From NCBI GenBank assembly GCA_964016885.1, contig OZ024764.1, forward strand, positions 12,462,001-12,526,000: a stretch of 64,000 nucleotides of DNA, given 5' to 3'. The notes beneath the pieces are model-generated. The model was not told the origin of the DNA and did no database searches. It was given only the letters and a program-made list of their open reading frames with translations. Both the position numbers and the translations under genes were made by a program. Position 1 is the first letter of the stretch. Each line of letters opens with the position of its first letter. The DNA comes from Eledone cirrhosa. Taxonomy: Eukaryota. Below are positions 40,172 to 57,881 of this stretch, piece by piece.

Positions 40172-40256
40172 AGTAGTAGTAACTGTAGTAGTAGTAGCAG
40201 TAACGGTAGTAGTAGTAGTAACGGTAGTAGTAGTAGCAGCAGTAGTAGTAGTAACG

Positions 40257-40290
<34 letters not shown>

Positions 40291-40310
40291 CAGTAGTAGT
40301 AGTAGTAACG

Positions 40311-40350
<40 letters not shown>

Positions 40351-41749
40351 CAGTAGTAGTAGTAGGTAGATGGTGCGAGATATACAGACAAGGTGGTGTT
40401 CAGAGGTGATAAGAATTAGAACCAAGAATTGCAGGCAACAACAACAACAGCAGCAGCAGCATTAATTAATTGACGTGTGTTCGGGTGGAGGAGGTGGTGG
40501 TGGTGGTGGGGAGGGGGATCATACTTTAAACATGACACACACACCACCACCCCTTTAACACCTCACACATACAACATTCCTTGCCAACACCACCACCACT
40601 ACCTCTATCACCACCACCACCAACACCGTCGCCTATACCACCACCAATACCATCATCAACCAGCGCCACCAACACTATCAGCACCACCAACACAACTAAC
40701 ACCACCACCATTACCAACACCATCACTACCAACAACAACAACATCACCATCATCACTATCACCAACAACATCATCACCAACGGCATCACTTAAACCACCA
40801 ACATCACCATCACCAACATCACTATCACCACCATCGCTATCATCACCATCACCACCATCACCACCACCATCATCACCACCATCACCACCATCACTATCAC
40901 CACCATCAACACCACCATCACCACCATCATCACCACCAACAACACCACCATCACCACCATCACTATCACCACCATCAACACCACCACCATCATCATCACC
41001 AACATCACCATCAACACTACCACCACCACCACCAACAACACCACCATCACCACCATCACTATCACCAACATCACCACCACCACCACCATCACTAACACCA
41101 CCAACATCACCACCTACACCACCACTACCACCGAAAATAAAACCATCACTATAACTACAGTACAACAACACCACCATCACTTTCACCAGCATCACCAAAC
41201 CCACAAACACCACCGTCACCGACACCACCAAAAACAAAACCCTCACTATCACTACCAACAACCCCCCCCCCCCCCCACACACACACACCCCACCCCACCC
41301 CCCACCCCAGGTTACCCCGCCCTCACAAACCCCACAACCGCCCCTCTCAAAATTCTTGTTGTTACTATTGGTGTGGGTGGCTGGAGGGGGTAGTGTTGGT
41401 TTGGGGGTGGGGTGGGGTGGAGGATGTGTTGGTTGGTGGAGGGGGAGGGGGGTGTTGGTGGGGGGAAGGGGGGGTCTGGAGTGCAATGATTTTAGATGAA
41501 CATTATGATTAGGTATTGAGACAGGGAGGAGAATGTGTGTGTGTGAGGAGAATGTGTGTGTGTGTGAGAGAGAGAATGTGTGTGTGTGTGTGAGAGAGAA
41601 TGTGTGTGTGTGTGTGTGAGAGAGAATGTGTGTGTGTGTGTGAGAGAGGAGAATGTGTGTGTGTTTGTGAGTGTGTATATATACTAAGTGGAAGAGAGAG
41701 TGCATATGTGTGTGTGTGAAAGAGATATATATGTGTGTGTGTGTAATAT

Positions 41750-41796
<47 letters not shown>

Positions 41797-42670
41797 AACA
41801 TATATATAGTGTATGAAAGAGAGAGACAATGGAAGTGGTGGGGTGGGGTGTGGTGTGTGGTGTAGTGTGGTGTAGTGTAGTGTGGTGTAGTGTAGGGTGG
41901 TATGTGGAGAGGTATGGGGTGTAGTGTGGTGTGGTGGAGAGGTGTGTGGTGTAGTGTAGTGTGGTGTGGTGTAGTGTAGTGTGGTGTAGTGTGGTGTGGT
42001 GTAGTGTGGTGTAGTGTAGGGTGGTATGTGGAGAGGTATGGGGTGTAGTGTGGTGTGGTGGAGAGGTGTGTGGTGTAGTGTAGTGTGGTGTGGTGTAGTG
42101 TAGTGTGGTGTAGTGTGGTGTGGTGTAGTGTGGTGTGGTGTAGTGTGGTGTGGTGTAGTGTGGTGTGGGGTGAGGTGGTGAGGGCCATTAACAGCAACAA
42201 GAACAATAGACAGGAAGAGATATAGTGACAAAATAGCAATAACTGTGACAACAATAAGTTACAATCAGGTTGACAACATCAACAACAATAACAACATCAA
42301 CAACAATAACAATCACAGCATCAACAACAATAACAATCACAACATCAACAACAATAACAATCACAACATCAACAACAATAGCAATCACAACATCAACAAC
42401 AATAGCAATCACAACATCAACAACAATAACAATCACAACAACAACAATAGCAATCACAACAACAACAATAACAATAGCAATCACATCAACAAAATAGCAA
42501 TCACAACATCAACAATAGCAATCACAACATCAACAACAATAACAATCACATCAACAACAACAATAGCAATCACAGCATCAACAACAATAACAATCACAGC
42601 ATCAACAACAATAACAACAACAACAATAGCAATCACAACATCAACAACAACAACAACAATCACAACATCA
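40172..42670. repeat. Simple repeats: (TAG)n, (ACC/ATC)n, (GTGTA/GTGTG)n, (AAC/AAT)n
   Basis: Direct inspection. Confidence 0.92.
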
Positions 42671-42756
42671 ACGTGAAATAAAGTGTCTTGTTCAAGGACA
42701 CAACACATCTCCAGGTCCGAGAATCAAACTCACAATCTTTTGATTGCAGGCCCATG

Positions 42757-43290
42757 GCTCTGAAGCTCACAGAGGACATGACGAAGGACCTTGACAAATG
42801 GAGAGATGCTGCTTTGAAGAGGTCCTGCCCGAGTGGGAGGAAGATGCAGTAGAGGAAGACCACGAAAGACATGAGTGGAAGGGGTGAGAGCTGATCTCAT
42901 GGAGGAGAAGATAAAGGACTGTGACAAATGGAGAGATGCTGTGCTGAAGAGGACCCGTCCTAACCTTACAAGCAGGGAAAAGTGGACATGTAGGCGCCAC
43001 GGAAAAAAGCACCCAGCACTCACTGTAAAGTGGTCGTGGAGGTGTCACAGCAAAAAAGCACCCAGCCCACACTGTAAAGTGGACATGCAGGTGCCACGGA
43101 AAAAAAGCAGCCAGCACTCACTGTAAACGAGGTTGGTGTTAGGAAGGGCATCCAGCTGTAGAAATCAAGCCAGAATCAGTTCCCGTACGAGCAAGACAAG
43201 GTCAGCCGATCGGACACTGCCCACAACAGGACAACCCGTCTAACCCATGCTAGCGTGGAAGAACAGACGTAAAACGGTGATGATGATGAT
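42757..43290 (+). mobile_element. RTE 3' end with local duplications and (GAT)n tail
   Basis: LKLTEDMTKDLDKWRDA-type segment occurs twice; three 48-49 bp UTR units; tail matches 27390-27545. Confidence 0.85.
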
Positions 43291-43692
43291 ATATATATAT
43301 ATATATATATATAGCGGCGATGAATTAGTTTTGCGAGGTTTTTTATATGAAATCGTGTGTCGAAACAAATATTGTTATACTTGGTATATTGATAGACAGA
43401 CTGAATAAAAATGGCGTAGACATACAATACAACAGGAGGAAAATATAACACCACTGACGATGTTGCAGATGTGCAACGAAAGATTTATGATAAACTATAT
43501 ATATGTCTTTGTGTCTATTTTGTATCTGTATTATTTTTGACCGTCGGTCAGTCAATGGCAACATTGAGGACCGAGTAAGTTAGATTACCGATATAAAAGA
43601 CACAGAAGCGAGAAGCGAAAACCAACCAAACAGTGAGTGTGTTCTGTTATTAATTCTGGCAATATTACACAAATATGACCCTCCCCAAGTAT

Positions 43693-43728
<36 letters not shown>

Positions 43729-43794
43729 TCATATGGAAAACTAGAGTATCAATGTAACATATATGGGTTACTGCTATGTACTGTGTTAGAAGAT

Positions 43795-43832
43795 CAACTA
43801 CTACAACAACAGCAGCATCTATAACAACTACC

Positions 43833-43867
<35 letters not shown>

Positions 43868-44091
43868 AACAATGGCATCAACCACAACAGTATCTATAAC
43901 AACTACTACTACTACAACAACAGTATCAACTACCACTACTACTACAATAACACCTTCAAGCCTTTGTAGAAACAATACAACATCACAATGGACAACAATT
44001 CTTAAAGATAAGACATTGTGATATGATAACTACTATTACTGTACTACTACTACTATTACTACCACTACTACTACTACTACTACTATTATTA

Positions 44092-44126
<35 letters not shown>

Positions 44127-44349
44127 GCTACTACTATTACTACTACCACTACTACTACTACCAATACTACTGCTACTACTACTACTGTTACTACTACCAC
44201 TACTACTACTACTACCACTACTACTACTGCTACTACTGCTACTACTATACTACCACTACTACTACTACAGCTACTATTAATACTGCCATTACTACTACTA
44301 CTGTTACTACTGCTACTACTACATATGCTGCTGCTACTACTACTACTGT

Positions 44350-44396
<47 letters not shown>

Positions 44397-44520
44397 TGCT
44401 TCTACCACTACTATAACTGTTACTACTACTGCTATTGCTCTGCTACTACCATTACTGTTACTACTACTACTACTACCACTAGTGCTGCTACTACTACTAC
44501 TACTATTACCACTACTTCAT
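43795..44520. repeat. (CTA)n-rich microsatellite
   Basis: Direct inspection. Confidence 0.95.
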
Positions 44521-44899
44521 CAACAATATCTCAACAGTGACATATATACACACACACACACACAAATATATATATATATATGTGTGTGTATAAAACACAA
44601 TAGTGTCTGTATTGTGGTTATAGGTTGATGCCAAAGATATTTCATCAACACCCTCTCCAGCACTACAAACCTGCCACCGCCACCACCACCACCACCACCA
44701 CCTAGCCAGCCCACTCTCTCTCCATTATCCACCCCCTCCCACACTCTCCAACCCCTCCGCCACCTCCAACCCCTCCCCACAGCACACACCATTAAAAAAT
44801 TACTGTTTTCTATTGTTCAGGATGTAAAAAAAAAGACATTTATCAGCTTCAACTCTGCGATAATTTCATTTTAAATATTTCCAGTAATGTCATAAAATA

Positions 44900-45722
44900 T
44901 GTGGTGAATTAGCTGGGTTGTTAGAGAGTGTCGTAGAGAATGTTTTGTGCTGTTTGTGTCGGCTCTCTGTGAAGGTGAAGAGTTCAAATCCCAGGACAGA
45001 ATGTTTTGTGCTATTTGTGCCAGCTCTCTGTGAAAGTGGAGAGTTCAAATTCCACTCTGTTCTTTCTGCTGTTTGTGTCGGCTCTCTGTGAAAGTAAAGG
45101 GTTCAAATCCCAGGACAGAATGTTTTGTGCTATTTGTGCCAGGTCTCTGTGAAGGTGAAGGGTTCAAATCCCAGGATAGAATGTTTTGTGGTATTTGTTC
45201 TGGCTCTATGCTCCGAGTTCAAATCCCAGGATAGAATGTTTTGTGCTATTTGTGCCAGCTCTCTGTGAAAGTGGAGAGTTCAAATTCCACTCTGTTCTTT
45301 CTGCTGTTTGTGTCGGCTCTCTGTGAAAGTAAAGGGTTCAAATCCCAGGATAGAATGTTTTGTGCTATTTGTGCCAGGTCTCTGTGAAGGTGAAGAGTTC
45401 AAATCCCAGGACAGAATGTTTTGTGCTATTTGTGCCAGCTCTCTGTGAAAGTGGAGAGTTCAAATTCCACTCTGTTCTTTCTGCTGTTTGTGTCGGCTCT
45501 CTGTGAAGGTAAAGGGTTCAAATCCCAGGATAGAATGTTTGGTGCTATTTGTGCCAGCTCTCTGTGAAAGTGGAGAGTTCAAATTCCACTCTGTTCTTTC
45601 TACTGTTTGTGTCGGCTCTCTGTGAAAGTAAAGGGTTCAAATCCCAGGATAGAATGTTTTGTGCTATTTGTGCCAGCTCTCTGTGAAAGTGGAGAGTTCA
45701 AATTCCACTCTGTTCTTTCTGC
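44900..45722 (+). repeat. Tandem amplification of a SINE head (~59-bp subunits in 2-3-mer order), each with a B-box
   Basis: ATGTTTTGTGCTATTTGTGCCAGCTCTCTGTGAAAGTGGAGAGTTCAAAT..; compare the SINE head at 52065-52150. Confidence 0.75.
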
Positions 45723-45840
45723 TGGGTGTCTTGCTCAAGGAAACAACACATCACCCGGTCTGAGAATTGAACTCACAACCCTTCGATTGCAAGGCCACTC
45801 TAACCACTAAGCCATGTGCCTCCATATATATAATTATATA

Positions 45841-45871
<31 letters not shown>

Positions 45872-45872
<1 letters not shown>

Positions 45873-46002
45873 CAACGAAGGAGTTGTGGTAAGGAACCAG
45901 ATGGACCATAACGCACCAGAGTACTCAATAGTTAGGGTAGTAGAGTCCAGAAATAGCCGTCGAAACGGCTTGAGCTCTGCCGTCGGGGTCATACTTTCTC
46001 AT
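45872..46002. mobile_element. Family B pLTR, inverted junction (minus-strand tail joined to plus-strand HHR 3' half)
   Basis: GTGGTAAGGAACCAGATGGACC..GTAGTAGAGT then CCAGAAATAGCCGTCGAAACGGC..GCCGTCGGGGTC. Confidence 0.65.
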
Positions 46003-46049
46003 ATATATGTTTTAACATTTTAGATCTGTTTTCCAGGCTGGCATAGGTA

Positions 46050-46133
46050 GGAATGTGTGTGTACATATGTATCTATATATACATGTAAGGTTATAGACAT
46101 TATATATATATACACACATACACACATATATAT

Positions 46134-46179
<46 letters not shown>

Positions 46180-46293
46180 TGTCCTCTTTATTATATTATT
46201 ATATATCTAACCCATGGTAGCGTGGAAGATAGACATTGCGCGATGATGATGATGATGATATAGATAATTGTACATATATATATATATACATCT

Positions 46294-46373
<80 letters not shown>

Positions 46374-46521
46374 ATATATGTATATATACATACATATATA
46401 CATACATATATGTATATATACATATATATATGTATATATATATACATACATATATGTATATATACATATATATATACATACATATATACATACATATATA
46501 TATGTATATATACATATATAT

Positions 46522-46566
<45 letters not shown>

Positions 46567-47703
46567 CATATATATACATATACATATATATATATACATA
46601 TATACATATATACATATATACATTATATGCAGGCTGAACATTAAGGACCCAAATTGAATGTCCACAAGCGAGGTCGGTGACCCTTGTCACTGACTATCTC
46701 TACCTTCTCCTCCTCTCCCTGACACTCTCTCTCTCCCCCTCTCACTCTGTCTCACTCTCTCCCTCTCTAACTTAATAATGTCATAATTAAAAGACCGCGC
46801 TATAAACAGAACACACACACACATATATATATACATACACATATGCATACGTATATTCATGCATATATACACATATATATACATACATATGCATATATAT
46901 ATATATACATATATATACATATATATACATATACATATATACACATATGCATACGTATATTCATGCATATATATACATATATATACATACATATGCATAT
47001 ATATATATATATACATATATATACATACATATGTGCATGTATATATACACATATACATACATATATGCATGCATATATACACATATACATACATATGTGC
47101 ATACATATATACACATATATACACATATATACACATATACATACCTATATACACATATATACACATATGCATGCATACATACATATATACACATATGCAT
47201 GCATACATACATGCATATATAGACAGATACACATATATACACATATGCATGCATACATACATGCATATATAGACAGACACACATATATACACATATGCAT
47301 ATATATATATATATATATGCATACATATATACACATATATATGCGTAGATACACATATGGACACATACATTATATATATGCTTAAATACACATATATATA
47401 TACATACACTCACATATATTAAATATGAATAAACATGCATATACACACATACATATATAATATATGTACCCATATTGACACACATATATATATATACACA
47501 CACACATAAATATATACATATATATACACACACACATACCAAATTTACACACACTAACTCACACACACACACACACATATATATATACATATACACACAT
47601 ATATATATATACACACAAACACACACATACCAAATATACAGACACTCACTCACACACACACATATATATATATATACATATACACACATACATAACAATA
47701 ATT

Positions 47704-47743
<40 letters not shown>

Positions 47744-47770
47744 GCCACATAAACACACACACACATATGA
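46050..47770. repeat. (TA)/(CA) microsatellite field
   Basis: Direct inspection. Confidence 0.95.
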
Positions 47771-47901
47771 AGACAACCCCCCCCCCCCAAACAAGATGGC
47801 TGCAGTTACATTCAACATATTTACGTTTCGACTGAACAAAATTATACCAACCCCTCCTCACAGAGCAAAAGAAAAAAACCCCAGCAAAAGCCCATGGAAA
47901 A

Positions 47902-48680
47902 CCCACCAGACCCCCACCAAAACAATCCAGGCCCCAACCACCACAGCCAGCCAGATCCCACCACCAGACCCCCACCAAAACAATCCAGGCCCCAACCACC
48001 ACAGCCAGCCAGATCCCACCACCAGACCCCCACCAAAACAATCCAGGCCCCAACCACTACAGCCAGCCAGATCCCACCACCAGACCCCCACCAAAACAAT
48101 CCAGGCCCCAACCACCACAGCCAGCCAGATCCCACCACCAGACCCCCACCAAAACAATCCAGGCCCCAACCACCACAGCCAGCCAGATCCCACCACCAGA
48201 CCCCCACCAAAACAATCCAGGCCCCAACCACCACAGCCAGCCAGATCCCACCACCAGACCCCCACCAAAACAATCCAGGCCCCAACCACCACAGCCAGCC
48301 AGATCCCACCACCAGACCCCCACCAAAACAATCCAGGCCCCAACCACCACAGCCAGCCAGATCCCACCACCAGACCCCCACCAAAACAATCCAGGCCCCA
48401 ACCACTACAGCCAGCCAGATCCCACCACCAGACCCCCACCAGAACCAACCAGGCCCCTAACAAAACCAGCCAGACCCTACCAAAACCAGCCAGGCCCCAC
48501 CACCTCAACCCTACCACAACCAGCAAGATCCCACCACCAAAACAAGGCAGGCCCCCACCACCACAACACTGGCAAAACCAACCAGACTCCACCACCAGAC
48601 CCCTTCCAAAACCAACCTGGCCCCTACCAAAACCAACCAGGCCCCACCGAAATGAGCCAGACCCCACCAAAAAGCCAGCC
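47902..48680. repeat. 58-bp C-rich tandem repeat (~9 copies) with a degenerate tail
   Basis: CCACCAGACCCCCACCAAAACAATCCAGGCCCCAACCACCACAGCCAGCCAGATCCCA. Confidence 0.95.
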
Positions 48681-48884
48681 ACAATCAGACATAAGCAGTC
48701 TTTATCACCAATGACTCTATTACGACTTTATTCCATTGGAAAACATCTCAGTAAAACTAACCCCTATTTTTTCCCTACAACCCTACCACAGCCCTAACCC
48801 ACACTGTGCCTTTAAAACCCACCATTCCAAACCTTAAACACTCTCCTCTGAGTCCTAAATGTCTTAATATCCCTTTCCCCCTCT

Positions 48885-51790
<2,906 letters not shown>

Positions 51791-52014
51791 AAATAGGGCT
51801 CACTGTATAGGAAAGGAGGGGTAGAGAGGGGTTGAGAGAGAGTGAGAGATAGAGAGAGTGGGAGAGAGAGAGAGGGGGGGAGGAAATATTTTGGTGGTTT
51901 GTGTCAGAGGTATTTTTTTTATCAGTTAAGATTATTGCATATAAATTTAATAATATATATTCATTATTCCTTCCCTTATATGTCATCATCATCACCATCA
52001 CCACCACCACCACC

Positions 52015-52064
<50 letters not shown>

Positions 52065-52278
52065 GGATTGGCAGTAAGTGGTAGAGCTTCGGATAACATG
52101 ATTTGCGGCATAGAGTTATGGCCCTTTGCGTTCTGAGTTCAAATCGCGCCGAGAATAATTTAGCCTTTCATCCTTGCGGGGTCGATAAAATGAAGTACCA
52201 GTCACGCACTCGGGTTGATTTAATCAATTTTCCCCTCTCCCCAAATTGCTGGCTGTGTGCCTATAGTAGAAATCATTA
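52065..52278 (+). mobile_element. tRNA-derived SINE
   Basis: TTGGCAGTAAGTGGTAGAGC (A-box-like), GAGTTCAAATC B-box, GCCTTTCATCC..GGGGTCGATAAAA. Confidence 0.75.
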
Positions 52279-52279
52279 T

Positions 52280-52765
52280 TTATCCAAAATCCTTCCATCT
52301 CAATTTTATGTAAGAACCTTTGTTAAGTTATGTTCCAAACACCAACAGTGTCTTTCATTAGAAATATGGTAATGAAAGGGTTAAAGTGTTTATATTTATC
52401 TAAAAAACCTTCCATCATAATATTAGGTAAGAACCTTTGTTAAGTTATGTTCCAAACACCAACAGTGTCTTTCATTAGAAATATGGTAATGAAAGGGTTT
52501 AAGTGTTTATATTTATCTAAAAACCTTCCATCATAATATTAGGTAAGAACCTTTGTTAAGTTATGTTCCAAACACCAACAGTGTCTTTCATTAGAAATAT
52601 GGTAATGAAAGGGTTAAAGTGTTTATATTTATCTAAAAACCTTCCATCATAATATTAGGTAAGAACCTTTGTTAAGTTATGTTCCAAACACCAACAGCGT
52701 CTTTCATTAGAAATATGGTAACTAAAGGGTTAAAGTCTTTATATTTATCTAAAAAAAACTTCCAT
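52280..52765. repeat. ~116-bp unit x4, containing AAAGGG(T)TAA (piggyBac-like MITE end)
   Basis: TGTTAAGTTATGTTCC at 52321, 52438, 52554, 52670. Confidence 0.85.
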
Positions 52766-52769
52766 TGCC

Positions 52770-53385
52770 TCAGCCAGATGGCTGGAACAGGTAAAAGTGT
52801 TGTCCGCAGCCAGCTTGAGTTGCCAGTCTGTGATCCATTGCTGCATTGTGTCCAGCTCTGATTGTGTTCAGGATCTGTGCTTTTTAACTCAAGGTACAGC
52901 TTGATGTCATCTGCGTATTTCAGTACTGTGGCATTCTTTAAGTTGGCATCTATGTCATTAATATATGCTACAAACAAAAGGGGACCTAGAACAGATCCCT
53001 CTGGTACACCAGATGTCATCTGCGTATTTCAGTACTGTGGCATTCTTTAAGTTGGCATCTATGCCATCAATATATGCTACAAACAAAAGGGGACAAGAAC
53101 AGATCCCTCTGGTACACCAGATGTCATCTGCATATTTCAGAACTGTGGCATTCTTTAAGTTGGCATCTATGTCATTAATATATGCTACAAACAAAAGGGG
53201 ACAAGAACAGATCCCTGTGGTACACCAGATGTCATCTCATAGGGTGAAGAATGCTGTCCTAGAACCGTGACTACCATTTTTTGACCGAGAATGAAGGACT
53301 TCAACCAGTTACAAAGGTCATCTCTCACACCCATTGCAGAGAGTTTTGCGATAAATCTTTTGTCTTCCTATGGACGTGACCTGGA
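52770..53385 (-). mobile_element. CR1/L2-group RT fragment with the catalytic segment triplicated (~108 bp x3)
   Basis: SGVPEGSVLGPLLFVAYINDIDANLKNATVLKYADDIKLY; GATGTCATCT at 52903, 53012, 53120, 53228. Confidence 0.88.
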
Positions 53386-53484
53386 CATTACGGTCAGCAG
53401 CGATTTGCATTGGACAAAGCATATTGTCCGATGCTTACCGACACTCCAATCTACCACCTATATAAAAATAATAATAAAATAATT

Positions 53485-53850
53485 GTTTTTACTTTTGGCA
53501 CAAGGCCAGCAATTACCCCAGTGCATTACTGCTATTTTATTTTATCGACCCCGTAAGTATGAAAGGCAAAGTTAACCTTGGCGGGATTTGAACTCAGAAT
53601 GGCAAGGGCCGTAACTCTATGCATCAAAGCATGGCGTCCGAGCCTCTACCGATACTGCCAATCCACCACCCATAATGGTTTCTGATTTAGGCACAAGGTC
53701 AGTAATTTGGGGGAGGGGAAAGTTGATTAAATCGACGCCAGTACGTTACTGGTACTTTATTTTATCGACCCTGAAAGGATGAAAGGCAAAGTTAACCTCA
53801 ACAGGATTTGAACACAGAACGTAAAGGGCCACAACTCTATGCCACAAAGC
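53485..53850 (-). mobile_element. Two adjacent tRNA SINE copies
   Basis: TTTTATCGACCC..ATGAAAGGCAAAGTTAACC..GATTTGAAC occurs twice. Confidence 0.8.
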
Positions 53851-54492
53851 GCCACCAACACAAGCACCACACCACTACCACCAACTCTGCACTGCAACCA
53901 CCAAGAACACCACCACAACACCACCATTACCAACACCACTGCAAGTACCCCACCACCAACACCACCACCGTCACCTACCACCACCACCACCACCAGAAGT
54001 ACCCCACCACACCACCACAAGTATTCTACCACACACACACACATCTCCCCCACCAACACCAACACCACACCCCACATCTACCCCGCCAACACCACATCAC
54101 CATCACCTACCAACACACCTCCACCACCGGCACAAGAACCCCCACCACACCACCACCACAAGTACCCCACACCCCAGCACTAAGCGTTCCAGTTGACATG
54201 GTTGCTAATTGAATTATGTAGAACAGAGAACATTTAAACAAGGATGCACTCCTCCACTCCACCCCCTACAGTTCCCACCATACACCCACCACACCACACC
54301 ACCATTCTTCAGCTAAATATGGCTAGTTGGTGGTAATAAGGTATAATATGGTGGTGATGGTGGGGGGGGTGGTGATGGTGGGGGCATGACGATGGGCTGG
54401 TGAAACAGTGTGTGTTTATGGGGGTGTATATATGTGTGACTATATGCGTGTGTATATAAATGTGTGTATGTATATATACATATGTGAATGTG

Positions 54493-54526
<34 letters not shown>

Positions 54527-54578
54527 TATATAAATGTGTGTACGTATATATGTAGACATTTATATATACATATATATA

Positions 54579-54618
<40 letters not shown>

Positions 54619-54646
54619 CATACATATAGATATTTATATATACATA

Positions 54647-54720
<74 letters not shown>

Positions 54721-54748
54721 CATACATATAGATATTTATATATACATA

Positions 54749-54826
<78 letters not shown>

Positions 54827-54887
54827 CATACATATAGACATTTATATATACATATATATATATATGTATATATATAGACATTTATAT

Positions 54888-54938
<51 letters not shown>

Positions 54939-55340
54939 TACATACATATAGACATTTATATATACATATATATATATATGTATATATATAGACATTTATA
55001 TATACATATATATATATATATACATACATATAGACATTTATATATACATATATATATATATGTATATATATAGACATTTATATATACACACATATATATA
55101 TATATATATAGTATATATATATATATATATAAGATAAAAATACTTGAGTGCATTAGAGTTAAACACACTCGTCGTATTAGAGAAAGGACAGTATAAGATA
55201 TAGCTCAATGTTATCAAACAGAGCCGAAAAATTATATAAAATTAAAATATATATATATAACCATCCTGATGTCTTCCAAAAGTAACGGTTGCATTTTGAA
55301 AGGGTACGTCAATATTTATTTATAAAACTGGTATATGTTG

Positions 55341-55405
55341 TATTTTGTCTGATGAAGGCATACCATAATTTAACATGGTATCCTTGAAATATGTATAATA
55401 AAATA
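55341..55405 (+). ncRNA. Type I hammerhead ribozyme (family A) in a TA-flanked element (55260-55446)
   Basis: TATTTTGT-CTGATGA-AGGcATACCA..TGGTATcCTT-GAAA-TATGTA-TA|ATAAAATA. Confidence 0.75.
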
Positions 55406-55441
55406 GATATGGTTTTATAAATATAGTTTCCATTTGTTAAT

Positions 55442-55485
<44 letters not shown>

Positions 55486-55564
55486 TACACACACACATAT
55501 ATATAGATATATCACATATATATATATATATAGATATGTGCGTGTATATATATATATATACATG

Positions 55565-55614
<50 letters not shown>

Positions 55615-55716
55615 TATATATATATATAGATATATCAGATATATATAGATATGTGTGTATATATATATATACAATATACTATATATATATGTATATATAT
55701 ATATACATATATATAT

Positions 55717-56163
55717 AGTATAAAAGAGAAAACACAGGTAAGCATTAAGAGAAGGATTTTATCCAGGTATTTACGACCGTTTCATTGGTAAGTGCAACCT
55801 TATATTGCTATACTGCAAATAGCAGCCACTCAAATATAATTGTTGTTCACAGTCCAAATTTTCAAAATAGTGAGGCACCATTTTGAAAATTTGGACTGTG
55901 AACAATTATAATTGAGTGGCTGCTATTTGCAGTATAGCAATATAAGGTTGCACTTACCAATGAAACGGTTGTAAATACCTGGATAAAATCCTTCTCTTAA
56001 TGCTTACCTGTGTTTTCTCTTTTATACTTTATACTCCAAGATTGAACGGAATTCTTACAAACCTGTGGAGTTACCCCTAACTGTACGTTGAAACCATCCA
56101 TGAAACTGGCTTTCTTAACCAAGAACTGGATGACGATAAGCAATTTTTTGCTCCTCTAACTAC
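55717..56163. mobile_element. Foldback element with ~150-bp inverted arms (55717-56028), probably a Penelope-like pLTR
   Basis: Near-perfect palindrome around AGTGAGGCACC; arms contain GAAACGGT(C/T)GTA, an HHR stem III-like motif; TA-flanked. Confidence 0.65.
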
Positions 56164-56534
56164 ATATATATATATATACATATATATATATATTAAGTGT
56201 AATGAGTTCTTTTACAATGAAAATAGCTCAAAGAAATATTTGTGAGCCGTGTAAAACATTTAAATATAAATTAATATATATGATGAAACACAAATACCAA
56301 CATATCTGCATTTATATTGCAAAAGAAATTTAGTTAGCCAGAATGAAATATACTAATTATAATATTACAGCCTGCCTATATCGATTTAAAATAATAAATC
56401 AACAAAGACAGACAGTATTGCCAAGTGGCCGTGATGTTTAGACACATTTAAATTTCAAAATCAAACCAGTTCCGTAGATAAGTTTAAACTTTAAAATCCA
56501 AATATGTTTCGAGATAAAATAAGTGTAAGGATAT

Positions 56535-56730
56535 CAAGACCCCAACGGCTGAGCTCCGGCTGTTTCGACAGCTAGATCCGAACAATTCAGATCTAGCTGT
56601 CGAAACGGCCGGAGCTCAGCCGTCGGGGTCCTGACTGTTTTTCTATTACCCACTCTACTACCCTAAGTATTGAGTACTCTGGTGCGCTATCGTCCACCTA
56701 GTTCCTTACCACACTTTCTTTGTTTGTTAT
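56535..56730. mobile_element. Family B pLTR with foldback inversion
   Basis: GACCCC..TTTCGACAGCTAGATC-loop-GATCTAGCTGTCGAAACGGC..GCCGTC|GGGGTC plus family tail. Confidence 0.7.
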
Positions 56731-57574
56731 ATATATATATAATTCATGATAGCATGGAAAAATGGATGTTAAATAGTAATGTTGATGATATCATCATCAT
56801 CATCATCATCATCGTTTAACGTCCGTGTTCCACGCTTGCATGGGTTTGGACGGGAGTTTTCCCACTTGAGGCAAGAGTAGTTGTCTTGCTCGCATAGGAC
56901 TGTCTGGCGGGTTTTCTACAGTTGGATGCCCTTCCTAACACCAACCACATTTACAGTGTGGGGCTGGGAGGTTTTTACCGTGTTGCCTACATATATATGT
57001 ATGAAAATGTTTGTCCTTCATCAGTGGCCTTCCAACCATCATAGGCATTTCATCGCTTTAAAGGCCATATACCTCAGGTTGGTGCGAGCAACGGCTAAAA
57101 AAAGTCGTTGGGACACGTAAATAAGGGGGACGCTAGGGTAAACAAACAAAAATGGTTTAAGCAACAGAAAGTGATGAAGAAGAAAGAAACAAGTCCCAGA
57201 TTTCTATGAATATAAACTCGGTGGAATCGTGAACGAGAGACTAAAGACCATCAAACCTGGTTGAAATGTGAGCAAGGAAGGAATTTCGCACAGGTCTAAC
57301 GGGAGGAAGAAGGGGTCGGGTCTGCGAATTCGGTAAACATAAGTTCTGTGAAGTCGCAGACGAGAGAGAGAGAGAGAGAGAGAGAGAAAAAAAATTCATA
57401 CCGGCTTGGCTAGGAGCGCGCAAGAAAAGGATTACGGATATATATATATATGTATATGGGGCTGCTGGGCAGCCAACACATGGGCCCCCATTTGCTTATA
57501 ATACTTGGAGAGACTGAGGCAGTGAGTGAAAGAGCGAGAACATCAACACTTAATTAGTTATTCATTTATTTGTA

Positions 57575-57621
<47 letters not shown>

Positions 57622-57825
57622 ATATATATATATATATATGTGTATATATATATATATATATATACACATACATACACCGAAACACAACTAATTGAAAACA
57701 CACACATATACCAAACCACACATATATCGCATACATATATATCCCTGCTTTCCCCATATACATATGTACACATATATATATATACACACATATATATACA
57801 CACACACATATATATATATATATAT

Positions 57826-57879
<54 letters not shown>

Positions 57880-57881
<2 letters not shown>

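Noticed and set aside
38755-40425. Cys/His-rich repeat ORFs (SCRCHDKKHPVHTVKW) resembling metal-binding proteins
   Set aside because: The unit is RTE 3' UTR sequence, open on both strands and running into (TAG)n
48780-48800. CCCTAACCC telomere-like motif
   Set aside because: Single occurrence in C-rich sequence
57526-57880. N-terminal part of the 416-aa ORF as an RTE fusion protein
   Set aside because: Microsatellite read-through into a 5'-truncated RTE
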